From an uncultured Acidobacteriaceae bacterium (GTDB lineage: Bacteria > Acidobacteriota > Terriglobia > Terriglobales > Acidobacteriaceae): a stretch of 64,000 bases of DNA. Positions 1 through 9,690 of this stretch are shown piece after piece (within the stretch, counting starts at the first letter, position 1; the number at the start of each line of letters is the position of its first letter). The notes beneath the pieces are model-generated. The model saw nothing but the letters and a program-made list of their open reading frames with translations. It had not been told where the DNA came from and did not search any database. Made by a program: the position numbers and the translations under genes. The DNA is taken from the NCBI GenBank assembly GCA_963729555.1, contig CAVSOH010000010.1, positions 1,860 to 65,859 on the forward strand, in the 5' to 3' direction.

Positions 1-1007
1 GCTCCGGCGAGTGTGGTGACGAAGGTCTGCGGGTCGACGGTGTGGTTGGTGGTGGGCTCGCCGGTTGCGGAGGGCAGGGGCTTGCCGGGTTCGTCGTTGG
101 GCAGGGGGAGGATTTTGGTTTCGATGTTGAAGCGGACTTTGGCGGCGTTGGCGGCGCGCTCGGCTGCGTGGGGCTGCGATTTGCCGGGGCCTTTGCGGTA
201 GTAGTCGACGTAGAAGGCGGTGAAGCGGAAGAGCTGCTCCACGTAGGTGGGGACGTAGGGGTTGATGAGGTGCTCGTGCGCGGCGAAGGCTACGGATACG
301 GGCGAGAGGGCGAGGTCGTTCTTCTGGTCTGGGAACTGGGTGTGGAGCTTATCGCAGATGAAGGTGCGCTGAGCGTCGGTGCTGGAGATGTCGCGGAGGT
401 AGACGCGGTTTTCGAGAGTGTAGGGGGAGCCGTCGGCGCGGCGGCAGGACTGCGGGTTGTAGAACTGGTCGTGCCAGATGAGCGATACGTGGTCAGTGGT
501 GACGCCGGTGTCGGTCTCGAGGGTGGTGCTGAGCTGGTCGAGGCCGGACTCGAAGGAGGGCAGGGTGTTTTCGGGGCGCAGGCCGCGGCCTCCACGGTGT
601 GCGGAGATGTCGAAGGTGCTGAAGTAGGCGGCGTCGGCGGGGTGGGCTGCGGCTTCTTCTTTGACGACGGCGCGGAGGAGGTCGGGACGGTCGGAGATGA
701 TGCCGTCGACGCGGAGGTTGATGAGGGCGCGCATCTTTTCGGGGTCGTTGGTGGTCCAGGGGACGACCTGGAAGCCGGCTTGACGGAGCTGAGCGACGTT
801 GACCGGAGGATTGGCGCTGAGGAGGGTCGCGTCGACGGGCGAGAGGACCGGGGTAGGGGCACCGTGGGCTTTGGCGTGGTCGCGGGCGGCGGTCATGAGG
901 CCGAGGTAGGGATTGGTGGGCATGGTGTTGGCCTGTTGGGCAGTGGCGATGCCGGTGAGGACGACAAGAGCTGCAGCGGTGCGGGTCCCGAAAGAAATGA
1001 TTGACAT
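1..1007 (-). CDS. Glycerophosphodiester phosphodiesterase (GDPD) family protein, secreted; 3' end runs off the window
   Basis: Not in the ORF track because it has no stop inside the window. Manual translation from ATG 1007: MSIISFGTRTAAALVVLTGIATAQQ (signal peptide-like) ... VVPWTTND ... VDGIISDRPD ... FDISAHRGGRGLRPENTLPSFESGL ... RFNIETK, which are GDPD motifs. Confidence 0.85.
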   Translation of the reverse strand, partial: MSIISFGTRTAAALVVLTGIATAQQANTMPTNPYLGLMTAARDHAKAHGAPTPVLSPVDATLLSANPPVNVAQLRQAGFQVVPWTTNDPEKMRALINLRVDGIISDRPDLLRAVVKEEAAAHPADAAYFSTFDISAHRGGRGLRPENTLPSFESGLDQLSTTLETDTGVTTDHVSLIWHDQFYNPQSCRRADGSPYTLENRVYLRDISSTDAQRTFICDKLHTQFPDQKNDLALSPVSVAFAAHEHLINPYVPTYVEQLFRFTAFYVDYYRKGPGKSQPHAAERAANAAKVRFNIETKILPLPNDEPGKPLPSATGEPTTNHTVDPQTFVTTLAG

Positions 1008-1057
1008 GAGGGCCGATGATAGTGAGTCAGCGTTGCATTGTTGTGAATCTGCCTGGG

Positions 1058-1963
1058 TTAAGGGATTGGTTGGAGGACTGTGGCTAGTCTTCCGTGTGCG
1101 GCCAGGAGTTTGGCTTCGGCGGCTGAGCGGCTGAGCGAGAGCTTCTGCATGACGATGGCGGTTTTGACGGAGCCGGCTTGTTCGAGCAGGTGCGCGGCGG
1201 TGGGCTGGTCTACTCCGGTGGCTGCGGCGATGATGCGCTGGGCGCGGTCGACGAGTTTGGCATTGGTGGGTTGAACGTTGACCATGAGGTTGCTGTAGAC
1301 GGCTCCGGCTTTGATCATTATGCCGGTGCTCAGCATGTTGAGGACGAGCTTGGTGGCGGTTCCAGCTTTGAGGCGCGTGCTGCCGGTGAGGACTTCGGGG
1401 CCGGTGACGGGAGCGATGGCGATGTCGGAGACGGCCGCCATCTGCGAGTTGGGGACGCAGGTGAGGGAGATGGTGAGGGCACCGACAGAACGGGCGTGGG
1501 CGAGTGCGCCGAGAACGTAGGGGGTGCGTCCGCTGGCGGCGATGCCGACGAGGGTGTCCTGCGGGGTGAAGTCGGCTGCGATGAGGTCACGGCTTCCCTG
1601 CTCGGGCGAGTCTTCGGAGCGCTCGCTGGAGGTGCGGAGGGCGGAGTCTCCACCGGCGATGATGCCTCGCACGAGTGTGGGCGGGACGGAGAAGGTAGGT
1701 GGGCACTCAGAGGCGTCGAGTACGCCGAGGCGGCCGCTGGTGCCGGCTCCCATGTAGAAGAGGCGGCCTCCCTGTTCGAGGCGGGCGGCGATGGCGTCGA
1801 CGGCTTTGGCGATGTGGGGGAGTTCGGCGGCTACGGCTGCGGCGACTGTGGCGTCGGCTTCGTTGATGATGCGGAGCATGTCGAGGGTGGGGAGTTGGTC
1901 GATGTGCTCGGAGGCAGGGTTGCGGGCTTCGGTGGGGAGCGTGGCGAGATCCATGTGCTCCAT
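1058..1963 (-). CDS. murQ: N-acetylmuramic acid 6-phosphate etherase
   Basis: TEARNP, GAGTSGRLGVLDASECPPTF, GPEVLTGSTRLKAGTATKLVLNM. Confidence 0.95.
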   Translation of the reverse strand: MEHMDLATLPTEARNPASEHIDQLPTLDMLRIINEADATVAAAVAAELPHIAKAVDAIAARLEQGGRLFYMGAGTSGRLGVLDASECPPTFSVPPTLVRGIIAGGDSALRTSSERSEDSPEQGSRDLIAADFTPQDTLVGIAASGRTPYVLGALAHARSVGALTISLTCVPNSQMAAVSDIAIAPVTGPEVLTGSTRLKAGTATKLVLNMLSTGIMIKAGAVYSNLMVNVQPTNAKLVDRAQRIIAAATGVDQPTAAHLLEQAGSVKTAIVMQKLSLSRSAAEAKLLAAHGRLATVLQPIP

Positions 1964-2026
1964 GATGGAGGATGGAGGGTGCTGGCGGCAATTCGGGGTG
2001 TGGATTGCCGCCGCGGAGCATTCGCT

Positions 2027-2470
2027 TTAGCGAGAGGTGATCTCGACCGGAACAGCTGATTTTGAAGTGGCGATGGCCCCGCAGAGGCAGAGAGCAATCA
2101 AGACCTCGGTGATCACCGGTGGCGGGAAGAAGTACGTCCAGGAGACCTGGGCGAAGGCAAGATAGGTCACCGTGAACGTTGTGAGGATTGGGCGGAGGCG
2201 GAGAGCGTCTGTCTTTGCCAATGAGGCAAGCTGCCAAAAGACTATGGCCTCGGCCGTCAGAAAGTTACTGACGGCGAGGCCCATGCCCATGTAGAAGTCC
2301 CAAAAGCTGCGGGTCGCTCCCATGACTGGAAACGTGGTTGACTTCATCACGGACACGACCGCCTGTTGGGCGCCTGGGGCTGGTGTGCCGAAGACGCCTC
2401 CGATGGTGTGAAGCGCGGCGTGAATAAAGGTCAGGACGGATGCGATGCGGAGGAAGATAACGGGCTTCAT
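2027..2470 (-). CDS. Small integral membrane protein (LIC_13387-like)
   Basis: MKPVIFLRIASVLTFIHAALHTIG..., four hydrophobic segments; ATG overlaps the stop of the SRPBCC gene (ATGA). The ORF track's extension to 2857 is an artefact. Confidence 0.7.
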   Translation of the reverse strand: MKPVIFLRIASVLTFIHAALHTIGGVFGTPAPGAQQAVVSVMKSTTFPVMGATRSFWDFYMGMGLAVSNFLTAEAIVFWQLASLAKTDALRLRPILTTFTVTYLAFAQVSWTYFFPPPVITEVLIALCLCGAIATSKSAVPVEITSR

Positions 2471-2958
2471 GCCTGAGCCTCCCGAGTGGCTGCTTTGGCG
2501 AACTCTGAAAGGGTGCGGGTCCAGGCGTCCGGGGTGTCCAGCATCTCGCGGAGCTTCTCGTAGCCTTCGCCGTGGCGCTCGATTGCACTGTGCTCTAGTT
2601 CGACGAGCGTGGCGGAAGGGCCTTCTTCCGTGAAGCGGATATGGACTTCGCTGGCTTTGGCGAGGTCGGGATTGAACTTCCAGTCCGGGCCGAGGTGCCA
2701 GGAGAAGGTGACACGATGCGGAGGCTCCCATGCGAGGATGTGGCCCCAGTTGCAGTCGTTTCCCTCGGCGTCGCGCTCGTACCAGCGGCCGCCTTTGCGC
2801 GGTTCGACGATGATGCTTTGGAATGGCTTGTCGCCGATGTGGTGTTCGGCGGGCCACCAGGTCTCCATCTGCTCGACGAAGACAGAGAAGGCGCGTTCGA
2901 TGGGAACGGGAACGCGCACGCTTTTATTGACGACGGCTGGTTCGACGATGTTTGCCAT
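2467..2958 (-). CDS. SRPBCC/AHSA1 (START-like) domain protein
   Basis: VRVPVPIERAFSVF...WWP...EPRKGGRWYE...WEPPHRVTFSW...TLVELEH. Confidence 0.9.
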   Translation of the reverse strand: MANIVEPAVVNKSVRVPVPIERAFSVFVEQMETWWPAEHHIGDKPFQSIIVEPRKGGRWYERDAEGNDCNWGHILAWEPPHRVTFSWHLGPDWKFNPDLAKASEVHIRFTEEGPSATLVELEHSAIERHGEGYEKLREMLDTPDAWTRTLSEFAKAATREAQA

Positions 2959-3292
2959 GCTTTACTTCCCCTTTCTGCGATGCGGCATTTTGAGAGGTGA
3001 CAGAGGCTTGAAACGCGCTCATGGCCTTGTCCCAGACCTGGTCGAAGTGCGCACGGAGGCGAGCGACTCCTTCGGGATCTAACTGGTAAAGGCGGCGGGT
3101 TCCGGTCTTCCTGTCGGTGACAAGGCCGGCGTCCTTGAGCACGCGCAGGTGCTGGGAGACTGCCGGGCGGCTGACGGGAAAGGTCTCTGCGAGTTCGTGA
3201 ACGGCCATGGGCCCGTTGGCGAGTCTCTGGAAGATGGCCATGCGGGTGGCATCGCCAAGGGCGTCGAGGCCGGCTTGTAGGTAAGCGTCCAC
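2924..3292 (-). CDS. ArsR/SmtB family transcriptional regulator
   Basis: ALGDATRMAIF...VHELA...VSRPAVSQHLRVLKDAGLV...GTRRLYQL; first gene of an ArsR-SRPBCC-membrane protein operon. Confidence 0.92.
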   Translation of the reverse strand: MDAYLQAGLDALGDATRMAIFQRLANGPMAVHELAETFPVSRPAVSQHLRVLKDAGLVTDRKTGTRRLYQLDPEGVARLRAHFDQVWDKAMSAFQASVTSQNAASQKGEVKHGKHRRTSRRQ

Positions 3293-3331
3293 TTACGGTA
3301 AGTGATAGCTTACGGATAAGGAATCTGTCAA
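3281..3331 (-). promoter_or_regulatory. Promoter plus tandem palindromic operator of the ArsR operon
   Basis: GTAAG-N6-CTTAC at 3281-3296 and 3298-3313; TTGACA (-35, minus strand) at 3326-3331 with TATCAC 18 nt downstream. Confidence 0.7.
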
Positions 3332-3362
3332 TAGCGAATTTTTCTCAAAGCCATTCTCGAAA

Positions 3363-4511
3363 TTAGCCGGGATTCTGCTGTGTCCTGAGGAACCGCTGGA
3401 ATCGCCTTCGTCTCCGCCACACAAGTAACCAGATGATTGCGATAAGAATCGCAGCAGCAAAATAGGGAAGATGGGCAACCAGCCATATTGCTCTTCGGAT
3501 CCGTGCCCTAAGCTGTGTGGCTTTTCGGATCGACTCTGCTGAGATCTCGACCGGTTGGTTCCAGTTCATCGTCCTGAGGCGAGGCAGAAATCCCTGGTGA
3601 ACGCAGCCTGCCAGGTTGTAGACACCTACCACGTGTGAGAAATGGTTGGCAACGATCAGGTCGCGCGAAAATTCCTCCCAATTCAGCGGTGCAAATCGGG
3701 GTGCTGCATTGGAGCCGCTGGTGATGCCGACCGCGATGGCCTGTGCATCCGGGCCATAGACCCAGATCAACGCTGAGTCGAGCCGCTTGTTGAAGCTGGT
3801 GTAGATCATGAGGACTTCGCGATCGCCTCTGACATCGACGATGCCGGCAAGCCGTTCCAACAGAGTGGAACGTATGCTTCGTGCGTCGGCGATAAATGGA
3901 AACTGATAGGTCTCGACCGGATACCCATGGGCTTGAATCTCGTGGATGAGTGAGGCGTAGGATTCCCTGGCGCGTCGAACGCGGTCGATGTCGAAGTAGC
4001 GCTTGATGAGCGTCCACGCCAGACGCGATTTGCTGCTTCGCAATGCGGCGAACTCCTGGATGTTCGGTTCTATGTCCAGTCCTACGCCAGCCCATCGCAG
4101 ATCGTAGGTGCTGGTCCATGTTCGAAAGTCTGCAAAGCGCGTTGCTGCTTCCGGGGCGTTGCTGGCATTCAGGTAATAGCCCTGCTCAGCCGGGAGCGCA
4201 AGCCACGCAGTTACAGGAATGCCAGCGCTGTTCAGTTGACGGACAATGCGAGCACGGTCCGGGCTAAGATCCGGAAGCGCCAGCGCGATGCCTGCATTCA
4301 AGGCTTTGAGATCGGGGATTACATCCGGTTGAGAGAACAGAGTTTCCAGTTCACTAGTGGAGCCATCGCAGGCAAATACCAGATACGGAGGACCGCCTCC
4401 ATTTCCACCCGTGACGTGGATGCCCGGTGACCCGGTGCTTGTTCCCTGGGCGTATCCGCCAATCGAGATAGACAGGACGGCGATTGCCGCGAGTGAGAGC
4501 CAGGAAGTCAT
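3363..4511 (-). CDS. Hypothetical exported protein with C-terminal membrane anchor (possible glycoside hydrolase-like barrel)
   Basis: N-terminal signal peptide, WAGVGLDIEP motif, C-terminal hydrophobic helix followed by RRRRR. Confidence 0.7.
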   Translation of the reverse strand: MTSWLSLAAIAVLSISIGGYAQGTSTGSPGIHVTGGNGGGPPYLVFACDGSTSELETLFSQPDVIPDLKALNAGIALALPDLSPDRARIVRQLNSAGIPVTAWLALPAEQGYYLNASNAPEAATRFADFRTWTSTYDLRWAGVGLDIEPNIQEFAALRSSKSRLAWTLIKRYFDIDRVRRARESYASLIHEIQAHGYPVETYQFPFIADARSIRSTLLERLAGIVDVRGDREVLMIYTSFNKRLDSALIWVYGPDAQAIAVGITSGSNAAPRFAPLNWEEFSRDLIVANHFSHVVGVYNLAGCVHQGFLPRLRTMNWNQPVEISAESIRKATQLRARIRRAIWLVAHLPYFAAAILIAIIWLLVWRRRRRFQRFLRTQQNPG

Positions 4512-4702
4512 ACGCCAGACACTCCACTTCGAGGACCGAAGCGCGAAGGTGTTCCCTCATCTTCAGGTTATGCCATTGCTGACCTGACGGGTGATATGAA
4601 ATCCGTTGTAGGCCCGGGCGAACGGAAGCGACTGTATCGTAAGGGCTGGCATCCTACGGATTAGAGAATCAGGAATTTCGGCGGCCACCTTTTACATTGA
4701 TT

Positions 4703-5767
4703 ATGAGCCCTTCACGCTACGCGCTTTCTGCTGCAGTCGTCGCGGTTGTGCTCTTCCTTGTCTGGCTTGTTTGGCCTGCGCGTACAAACAGCGACGCTTC
4801 AAACCCGCCAACGACCAGTGAGTCGCCTGCGTCGGCACCAAGCGTGGCGGTCGCTCATGACGATGGAGTGACGACGGTCTACGCGCATAACCTGAGGCTG
4901 CGCAAAGGGCCGGACTTTCGCATCTACGTCCGTTGGATTCGCGGCCAGATGCTGCGCACTCGAAAGGGCGATGAGCCTTCGCTTGATGATCCAGAGTCGT
5001 TTGTCTTCCTTATTCAGAAGGGTGTTATTCACGCGAATCTCGGCGACATCGGCACCTTCCTCAACACGAACATGCCTGGATCTCCACTCAAGAAGATCGC
5101 CGTGACGGGAGACGGAGATCAGCTCAGAATCAGCGGCACTTTGCATAAGCTGTTGGTGCCGCTGCCTGTCGAGATGGTCAGCACGATCTCGGCCATGCCG
5201 GATGGGCGCGTTCATCTGCACATTACTAAGATTGGCGTGCTGAGGGTGCCGGTGAAAGGGTTGATGCGCGGGCTTCATCTGGATATCAAGGACATCGTGG
5301 GTTCCACGCCTGTGTCGGGTGTCGAGGTGTCGGGCAACGATCTTTATCTGGATACGACGAAGCTGCTGCCGCCACCCCACATTCGTGGCCTGCTGACCAG
5401 TATTACGGTGGCAACGCCCGATCTTGTGCTGGTTTACGGCAATGCTCCGAATGACGAGACGAAGCTTGCGGAGTGGCATAATTTTCTGCGGTTCGAGGGC
5501 GGCACGGTCGATTTCGGCAAGCTGACTATGCACCGTGCGGATCTGACTCTTATCGATGCGTCGGACGATCCATGGTTTGATCTTGATCTGGTCAATTATC
5601 AGGCCCAGCTCGTTAATGGTGTCAGCCGGATGACGCCAGAGGCCGGGCTCGAGATCTTCATGCCGGACCTCAACGACCAAAATAAGTCGGTTAAAAAGAT
5701 TCCTCTGGATTGGCTTAAGGATCGTAACCGCTCGCTGCCGCAGGGTGTTCCGATGCCGGCCAAGTAG
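4703..5767 (+). CDS. Hypothetical membrane-anchored protein
   Basis: Long ORF with typical codon use and an N-terminal TM helix (AVVAVVLFLVWLVWP); ATG at 4703. Confidence 0.75.
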   Translation: MSPSRYALSAAVVAVVLFLVWLVWPARTNSDASNPPTTSESPASAPSVAVAHDDGVTTVYAHNLRLRKGPDFRIYVRWIRGQMLRTRKGDEPSLDDPESFVFLIQKGVIHANLGDIGTFLNTNMPGSPLKKIAVTGDGDQLRISGTLHKLLVPLPVEMVSTISAMPDGRVHLHITKIGVLRVPVKGLMRGLHLDIKDIVGSTPVSGVEVSGNDLYLDTTKLLPPPHIRGLLTSITVATPDLVLVYGNAPNDETKLAEWHNFLRFEGGTVDFGKLTMHRADLTLIDASDDPWFDLDLVNYQAQLVNGVSRMTPEAGLEIFMPDLNDQNKSVKKIPLDWLKDRNRSLPQGVPMPAK

Positions 5768-5782
5768 CAGAGACTTGGAACG

Positions 5783-7054
5783 CTAGTTCTTCAGCAGCTC
5801 CTCGAGGTTGGGGTTGAGGTCTTTTTTTGTTGTCTTCGCGGGAGTGAGTTCGACGTTCAGTCCGGTTACGTCGCTGTCGGTCACGATGACGGACTGCTTG
5901 CCATCTTGGTAGCTGCGCAGCGTGTTAGTCGACTCAACAGTTATGAAAGCTGTCGGTTTTTTCGTCGAGGGCTCGGTGTCGGCTGCATTGGTGACGAGTA
6001 GGTCATAGGTGCCGGGGGGAACGAATGTCACCGTGAAGTTGCCGTGGGCATCGACTCCGGTCCCTCGTGAAAAGTCCTTATCAAGCTTGTCTTCGAGCAC
6101 CACTAGCCCTGTGTTGAGACCGTGATGGTCCTCGGCTGAAGCGATACGGCCGCTGACGGAGTGCAGGCCTCCGAGTTTGATGGTCACCTCTTCGTCGCCG
6201 CGGTCTTCCGCGGTACGCAGGGTCACGGGCTTCGCGCCGGCCTGATGAAATGCGGCGGGGGCGAAGACGATGAGCGGGGAATCCATCATTTTGCTCATGT
6301 TCATGACGCCGTTCGTCATCGCGAACTGCATGTGGGTCTGCAATATTGCCTTGATGAGATAGTCCCCGGGGACCAACCCCGAGATGCGAAAGTGGCCCAG
6401 GTCGTCGGTGATCGACATCGTACCGCTGCCGCTGCCATTGAGGTTCATTGACAGCATTGCGAACTCTGGCGGAATAGCAGTCTCTTTGGTCTTCGCAGAG
6501 ATAACCGTAACTGTGACTTGCGTAGCCGGGCTACCGTCGTCCCATACGACCTTGCCGGAGATCGCAGCTCCGCGATTGACGAGGAGATCGGCCCGGATCG
6601 AGCGGTCGGCGATGACATGCACCATCGGAGTGTCGGGGATCGACTTGCGGGGATCGGCACCGGCATCGATGGCCGCCCGCACGATATTTCCCGACTGCAC
6701 GTATCCCGGGACGGAGGCGAAGACGTAATAATCTCCCGGAGTCACATTGGTTGCTTCAAAGCTGCCGTCGATGTCGGTCTGGGTCTGCACCATGTTGCCC
6801 TCTGTGTACGACTTCAGCGCGGCCCTGATCTGGGCGGCATCGGGTTTGGCGTTGGGATCGGCGTTCGCCGGCGGTGTGATCTCTGCGGGCACGCCTAGGA
6901 GCATCACGTGAGCGAACCTTGCGGGACGCTGCGTGTCGCTGCATGTGACGTGGCCAGTGACGGTGCCACCGGGCGATGCAGGCGCGGGCTGTTGCGCCAG
7001 AGAGGGGCAGGCGAGCAGAACGAGAATCAGGGCGCGAATCCTGAAGGGTCGCAT
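5783..7054 (-). CDS. Secreted protein with carboxypeptidase regulatory-like (Ig/transthyretin-like) repeats
   Basis: MRPFRIRALILVLLACPSLAQQ signal peptide; repeated GTVTGHV / GAAISGKV / HSVSGRI ... TDxxGxF ... PGDY units. Confidence 0.8.
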   Translation of the reverse strand: MRPFRIRALILVLLACPSLAQQPAPASPGGTVTGHVTCSDTQRPARFAHVMLLGVPAEITPPANADPNAKPDAAQIRAALKSYTEGNMVQTQTDIDGSFEATNVTPGDYYVFASVPGYVQSGNIVRAAIDAGADPRKSIPDTPMVHVIADRSIRADLLVNRGAAISGKVVWDDGSPATQVTVTVISAKTKETAIPPEFAMLSMNLNGSGSGTMSITDDLGHFRISGLVPGDYLIKAILQTHMQFAMTNGVMNMSKMMDSPLIVFAPAAFHQAGAKPVTLRTAEDRGDEEVTIKLGGLHSVSGRIASAEDHHGLNTGLVVLEDKLDKDFSRGTGVDAHGNFTVTFVPPGTYDLLVTNAADTEPSTKKPTAFITVESTNTLRSYQDGKQSVIVTDSDVTGLNVELTPAKTTKKDLNPNLEELLKN

Positions 7055-7140
7055 CGGCCAAGTATCGGATTGGATTTTTGGAGGAGCAAGAGAAAAATTG
7101 CCACTAGCGAAAGGCTTCGCGTTCCCGAAGCGAGGAATGG

Positions 7141-8133
7141 TTATGGGACGATGACTACGGCTCCGTCTGCGGTCTCCTGCTTTACGGCGTGGACGGCTTC
7201 GTTGGCCTGCGCGAGGGGGAAGGTTTTGATGCGAGGTTTGAGGCCGATCTCTCCGGCGAGCTTGAGGAAGTCGCGGGCGTCGGCGCGGGTCATGTTGGCT
7301 ACGCTGCGGATCTGGCGCTCGCCCCAGAGAAGCTTGTCGTAGTCGAAGGCGGGCATCTGGTCGAGGTGGATGGCGTTGATGGCTACGACTCCCCCTTTGC
7401 GCAGGCTGGAGAGCGCGCTGACGACGACGGCTCCGCTGGGAGCGAAGGTGATGGCGCGGTCGAGTTCGACGGGAGGGCTCTGCTGGTCGGTGCCGACCCA
7501 GGTTGCGCCGAGTGCGGTGGCTGCGGCGCGGTGAGCTTCGCCGCGAGTAGAGACGTAGACCTCGCAACCCCAGTGACGGAGGACTTCGATCGTGAGACTG
7601 GCGGAGGAGCCGAAGCCGAAGAGGCCGACGCGTTCGCGGGGTTTGACTCCGGCTACGCGGAGGCTGCGGAATCCGATGATACCGGCGCAGAGCAGGGGGG
7701 CGACATGGGCGTCGTCGAGCGTGGTAGGGAGGGGGAAGGTGAATCCGGCGCGGACGAGGACGTATTCAGCGTAGCCTCCATCGACGGTGTAGCCGGTAAA
7801 GATGGGGTTGTCGCAGAGGTTCTCTTCGCCACGGAGGCAGTACGGGCAGATGCCGTCGGTTCCGCCGACCCAGGAGACGCCGACGCGCGCGCCTGCTGGA
7901 AGTGCCGGTGAGCCGCCTTCGACGACCTCGCCGACGATCTGGTGGCCGGGGATGAGATGGGGCCGGATGGGCGGGAGGTCGCCCTCGATGATGTGCAGAT
8001 CGGTACGGCAGACTCCGCAGGCCAGTACGCGGAGGAGGACGTATCCGGGGATGAGCTTGGGCCGGGGGACGTCCTCGACGGTGAGAACGGGTGGGGCTGT
8101 GCGGCGGAAAGAGTTGAAGACAGCGACCTTCAC
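7141..8133 (-). CDS. Zinc-binding alcohol dehydrogenase (MDR family, AdhP-like)
   Basis: CGVCRTDLH, GHQIVG, structural Zn segment GICPYCLRGEENLC, APLLCAGIIG; GTG start at 8133 preceded by GAGGAG. Confidence 0.9.
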   Translation of the reverse strand: MKVAVFNSFRRTAPPVLTVEDVPRPKLIPGYVLLRVLACGVCRTDLHIIEGDLPPIRPHLIPGHQIVGEVVEGGSPALPAGARVGVSWVGGTDGICPYCLRGEENLCDNPIFTGYTVDGGYAEYVLVRAGFTFPLPTTLDDAHVAPLLCAGIIGFRSLRVAGVKPRERVGLFGFGSSASLTIEVLRHWGCEVYVSTRGEAHRAAATALGATWVGTDQQSPPVELDRAITFAPSGAVVVSALSSLRKGGVVAINAIHLDQMPAFDYDKLLWGERQIRSVANMTRADARDFLKLAGEIGLKPRIKTFPLAQANEAVHAVKQETADGAVVIVP

Positions 8134-8227
8134 GGGTCTCCTCGACAGATGTGAGCGTTGCCAACAGTTGCTGGTTGCTTCGATGCACAAGCGATGGTGG
8201 ACGTACCGGGCTCTCTGAAAAAGTAGT

Positions 8228-9690
8228 TCAGTACTGGCCGTAGCGGCCCTTAATGGAGTCGAAGAGCTTGGCGGAGTCGTAGCCTACGCCATCTTTGAAG
8301 ACGATCCCAACGTTTTCGATGTCGGAGATTTTGGTGCTGGGGTCGCCTTTGATGACGACGAGGTCAGCGTTTTTGCCGGGGGCGATGGAGCCGATGTGCG
8401 CTTGCTGGTTGAGGTAGGTGGCGCCGTTGAGGGTGGCGATTTTGATGGCTTCGACGGGAGTGAAGCCAGCCCGGACGAGGAGTTCGACCTCGCGCTGGTC
8501 GCCGAAGCCGGGCAGGACGTGGCCGTCGCCGGTGGGGTCGGGGCCGGCGAGCAGGGTTCCTCCGGCGGCGGCGAAGGCTCGTTCCATGTCGAGTTCGCGC
8601 TGGAAGAGAACAGCTCGCGGGTTGGGGTTCTGGCGGGCTGTGGGGCGGTGCTCTGGAGGTTGCGGACGTAGAGATAGGCCTCGCGGGCCTGGGGCGTCAT
8701 GGCGGCGAAGATGCGGGGTTCGAGCGGTGGGCGACCGTTGCCGTCAGCCTCGAAGACTGGCAGCGTTGAAGTGATGGCGACGTGGTGATCGATGAGAGTT
8801 TTGAAGAGGGCCTTTGCTTCGGGGCTGTCGGGAGTCATCTTCTGGCGCGTGGGTGTGCCGATGGTCTTGGGGCAGAGGTCGAGCTGCTTGTCGGGGTCGA
8901 GCTGGGTGTTGACGACGAAGCCGTGCTCGAGGTTGTCGATGCCGAGCTCTGCGGCCTCGGGATAGGTGACGGAGCAGAGGTGGCCGGTGACCTTGAGGTT
9001 GAGCTTATGCGCTTCGTCAATGGCGGCCTTCAGCTCGTCGCGGGTGATGTTCATGTACGCCTTGAAGCTGGTGACACCTTGCGCGGCCCAGAAGCGGACG
9101 GTCTGGCGGGCGTCGTCGGCGTCGCGGAGGTTGTGCATCTGCAGGAAGGGGGAGTTGGGGCCTTCGAGGTAGGGGCCGGTGACGTCCATGTGCGGGCCGG
9201 GGAGGTGGCCGGCGTCGATCTCGCGGCGGAGGTTGAGGTCGGTGTAGGGCTCGACGCTGCCGGTGGTGCGCAGGGTGGTGACGCCGGCGGCGAGGTACAT
9301 GCGCGGTGCCGAGAAGGTCATTTGGGGGACAATCAGCGGTGGCTCACTGTTGCCGAGCGCGTCGAAGTTCGGACGGGCGATGTAGTACATGTGATCGTGC
9401 ATGCCCACCAGGCCGGGGATGACGGTGTATCCGTGGAGGTCGAGGACTTCGGCGTGGGAAGTGGTTGGGAGGTCTTTCGCGATGCTGGCGATCTTGCCGT
9501 CTTCGATGAGGATGGACTGGTCTTCGAGGGGGGTAGCGCCGGTGCCGTCGATGATGCGGACGTGGGTAAGGAGAGTCCGGGGGCCGTTGACTCTGATGAA
9601 TTTGGCGACTGCAGGGGTAGGGGTCTGTGCGTGGATGATGGCGGCGGTGGCGAGGCAGATCGTCAGGGCGGCGGTGCGGCGACGGTCCAT
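8228..9690 (-). pseudogene. Amidohydrolase family protein split by a -1 frameshift near 8600-8660 (pseudogene or sequencing indel)
   Basis: The 9690 frame carries GMHDH, FKAY, TGH, LEH; the C-terminal part (AVLFQRELDMERAF...AGPDP...IATLNGA...GKNADLVV) is in a different frame ending at 8228. Confidence 0.8.

Noticed and set aside
42-2059. Long plus-strand ORFs 42-1004 and 1178-2059
   Set aside because: Antisense shadows of GDPD and murQ. Strongly C-ending codons on the true strand remove stops from the opposite frame.
8600-8660. Programmed -1 frameshift in the amidohydrolase
   Set aside because: No X XXY YYZ heptamer or clear downstream stimulatory structure; an indel is the simpler explanation.
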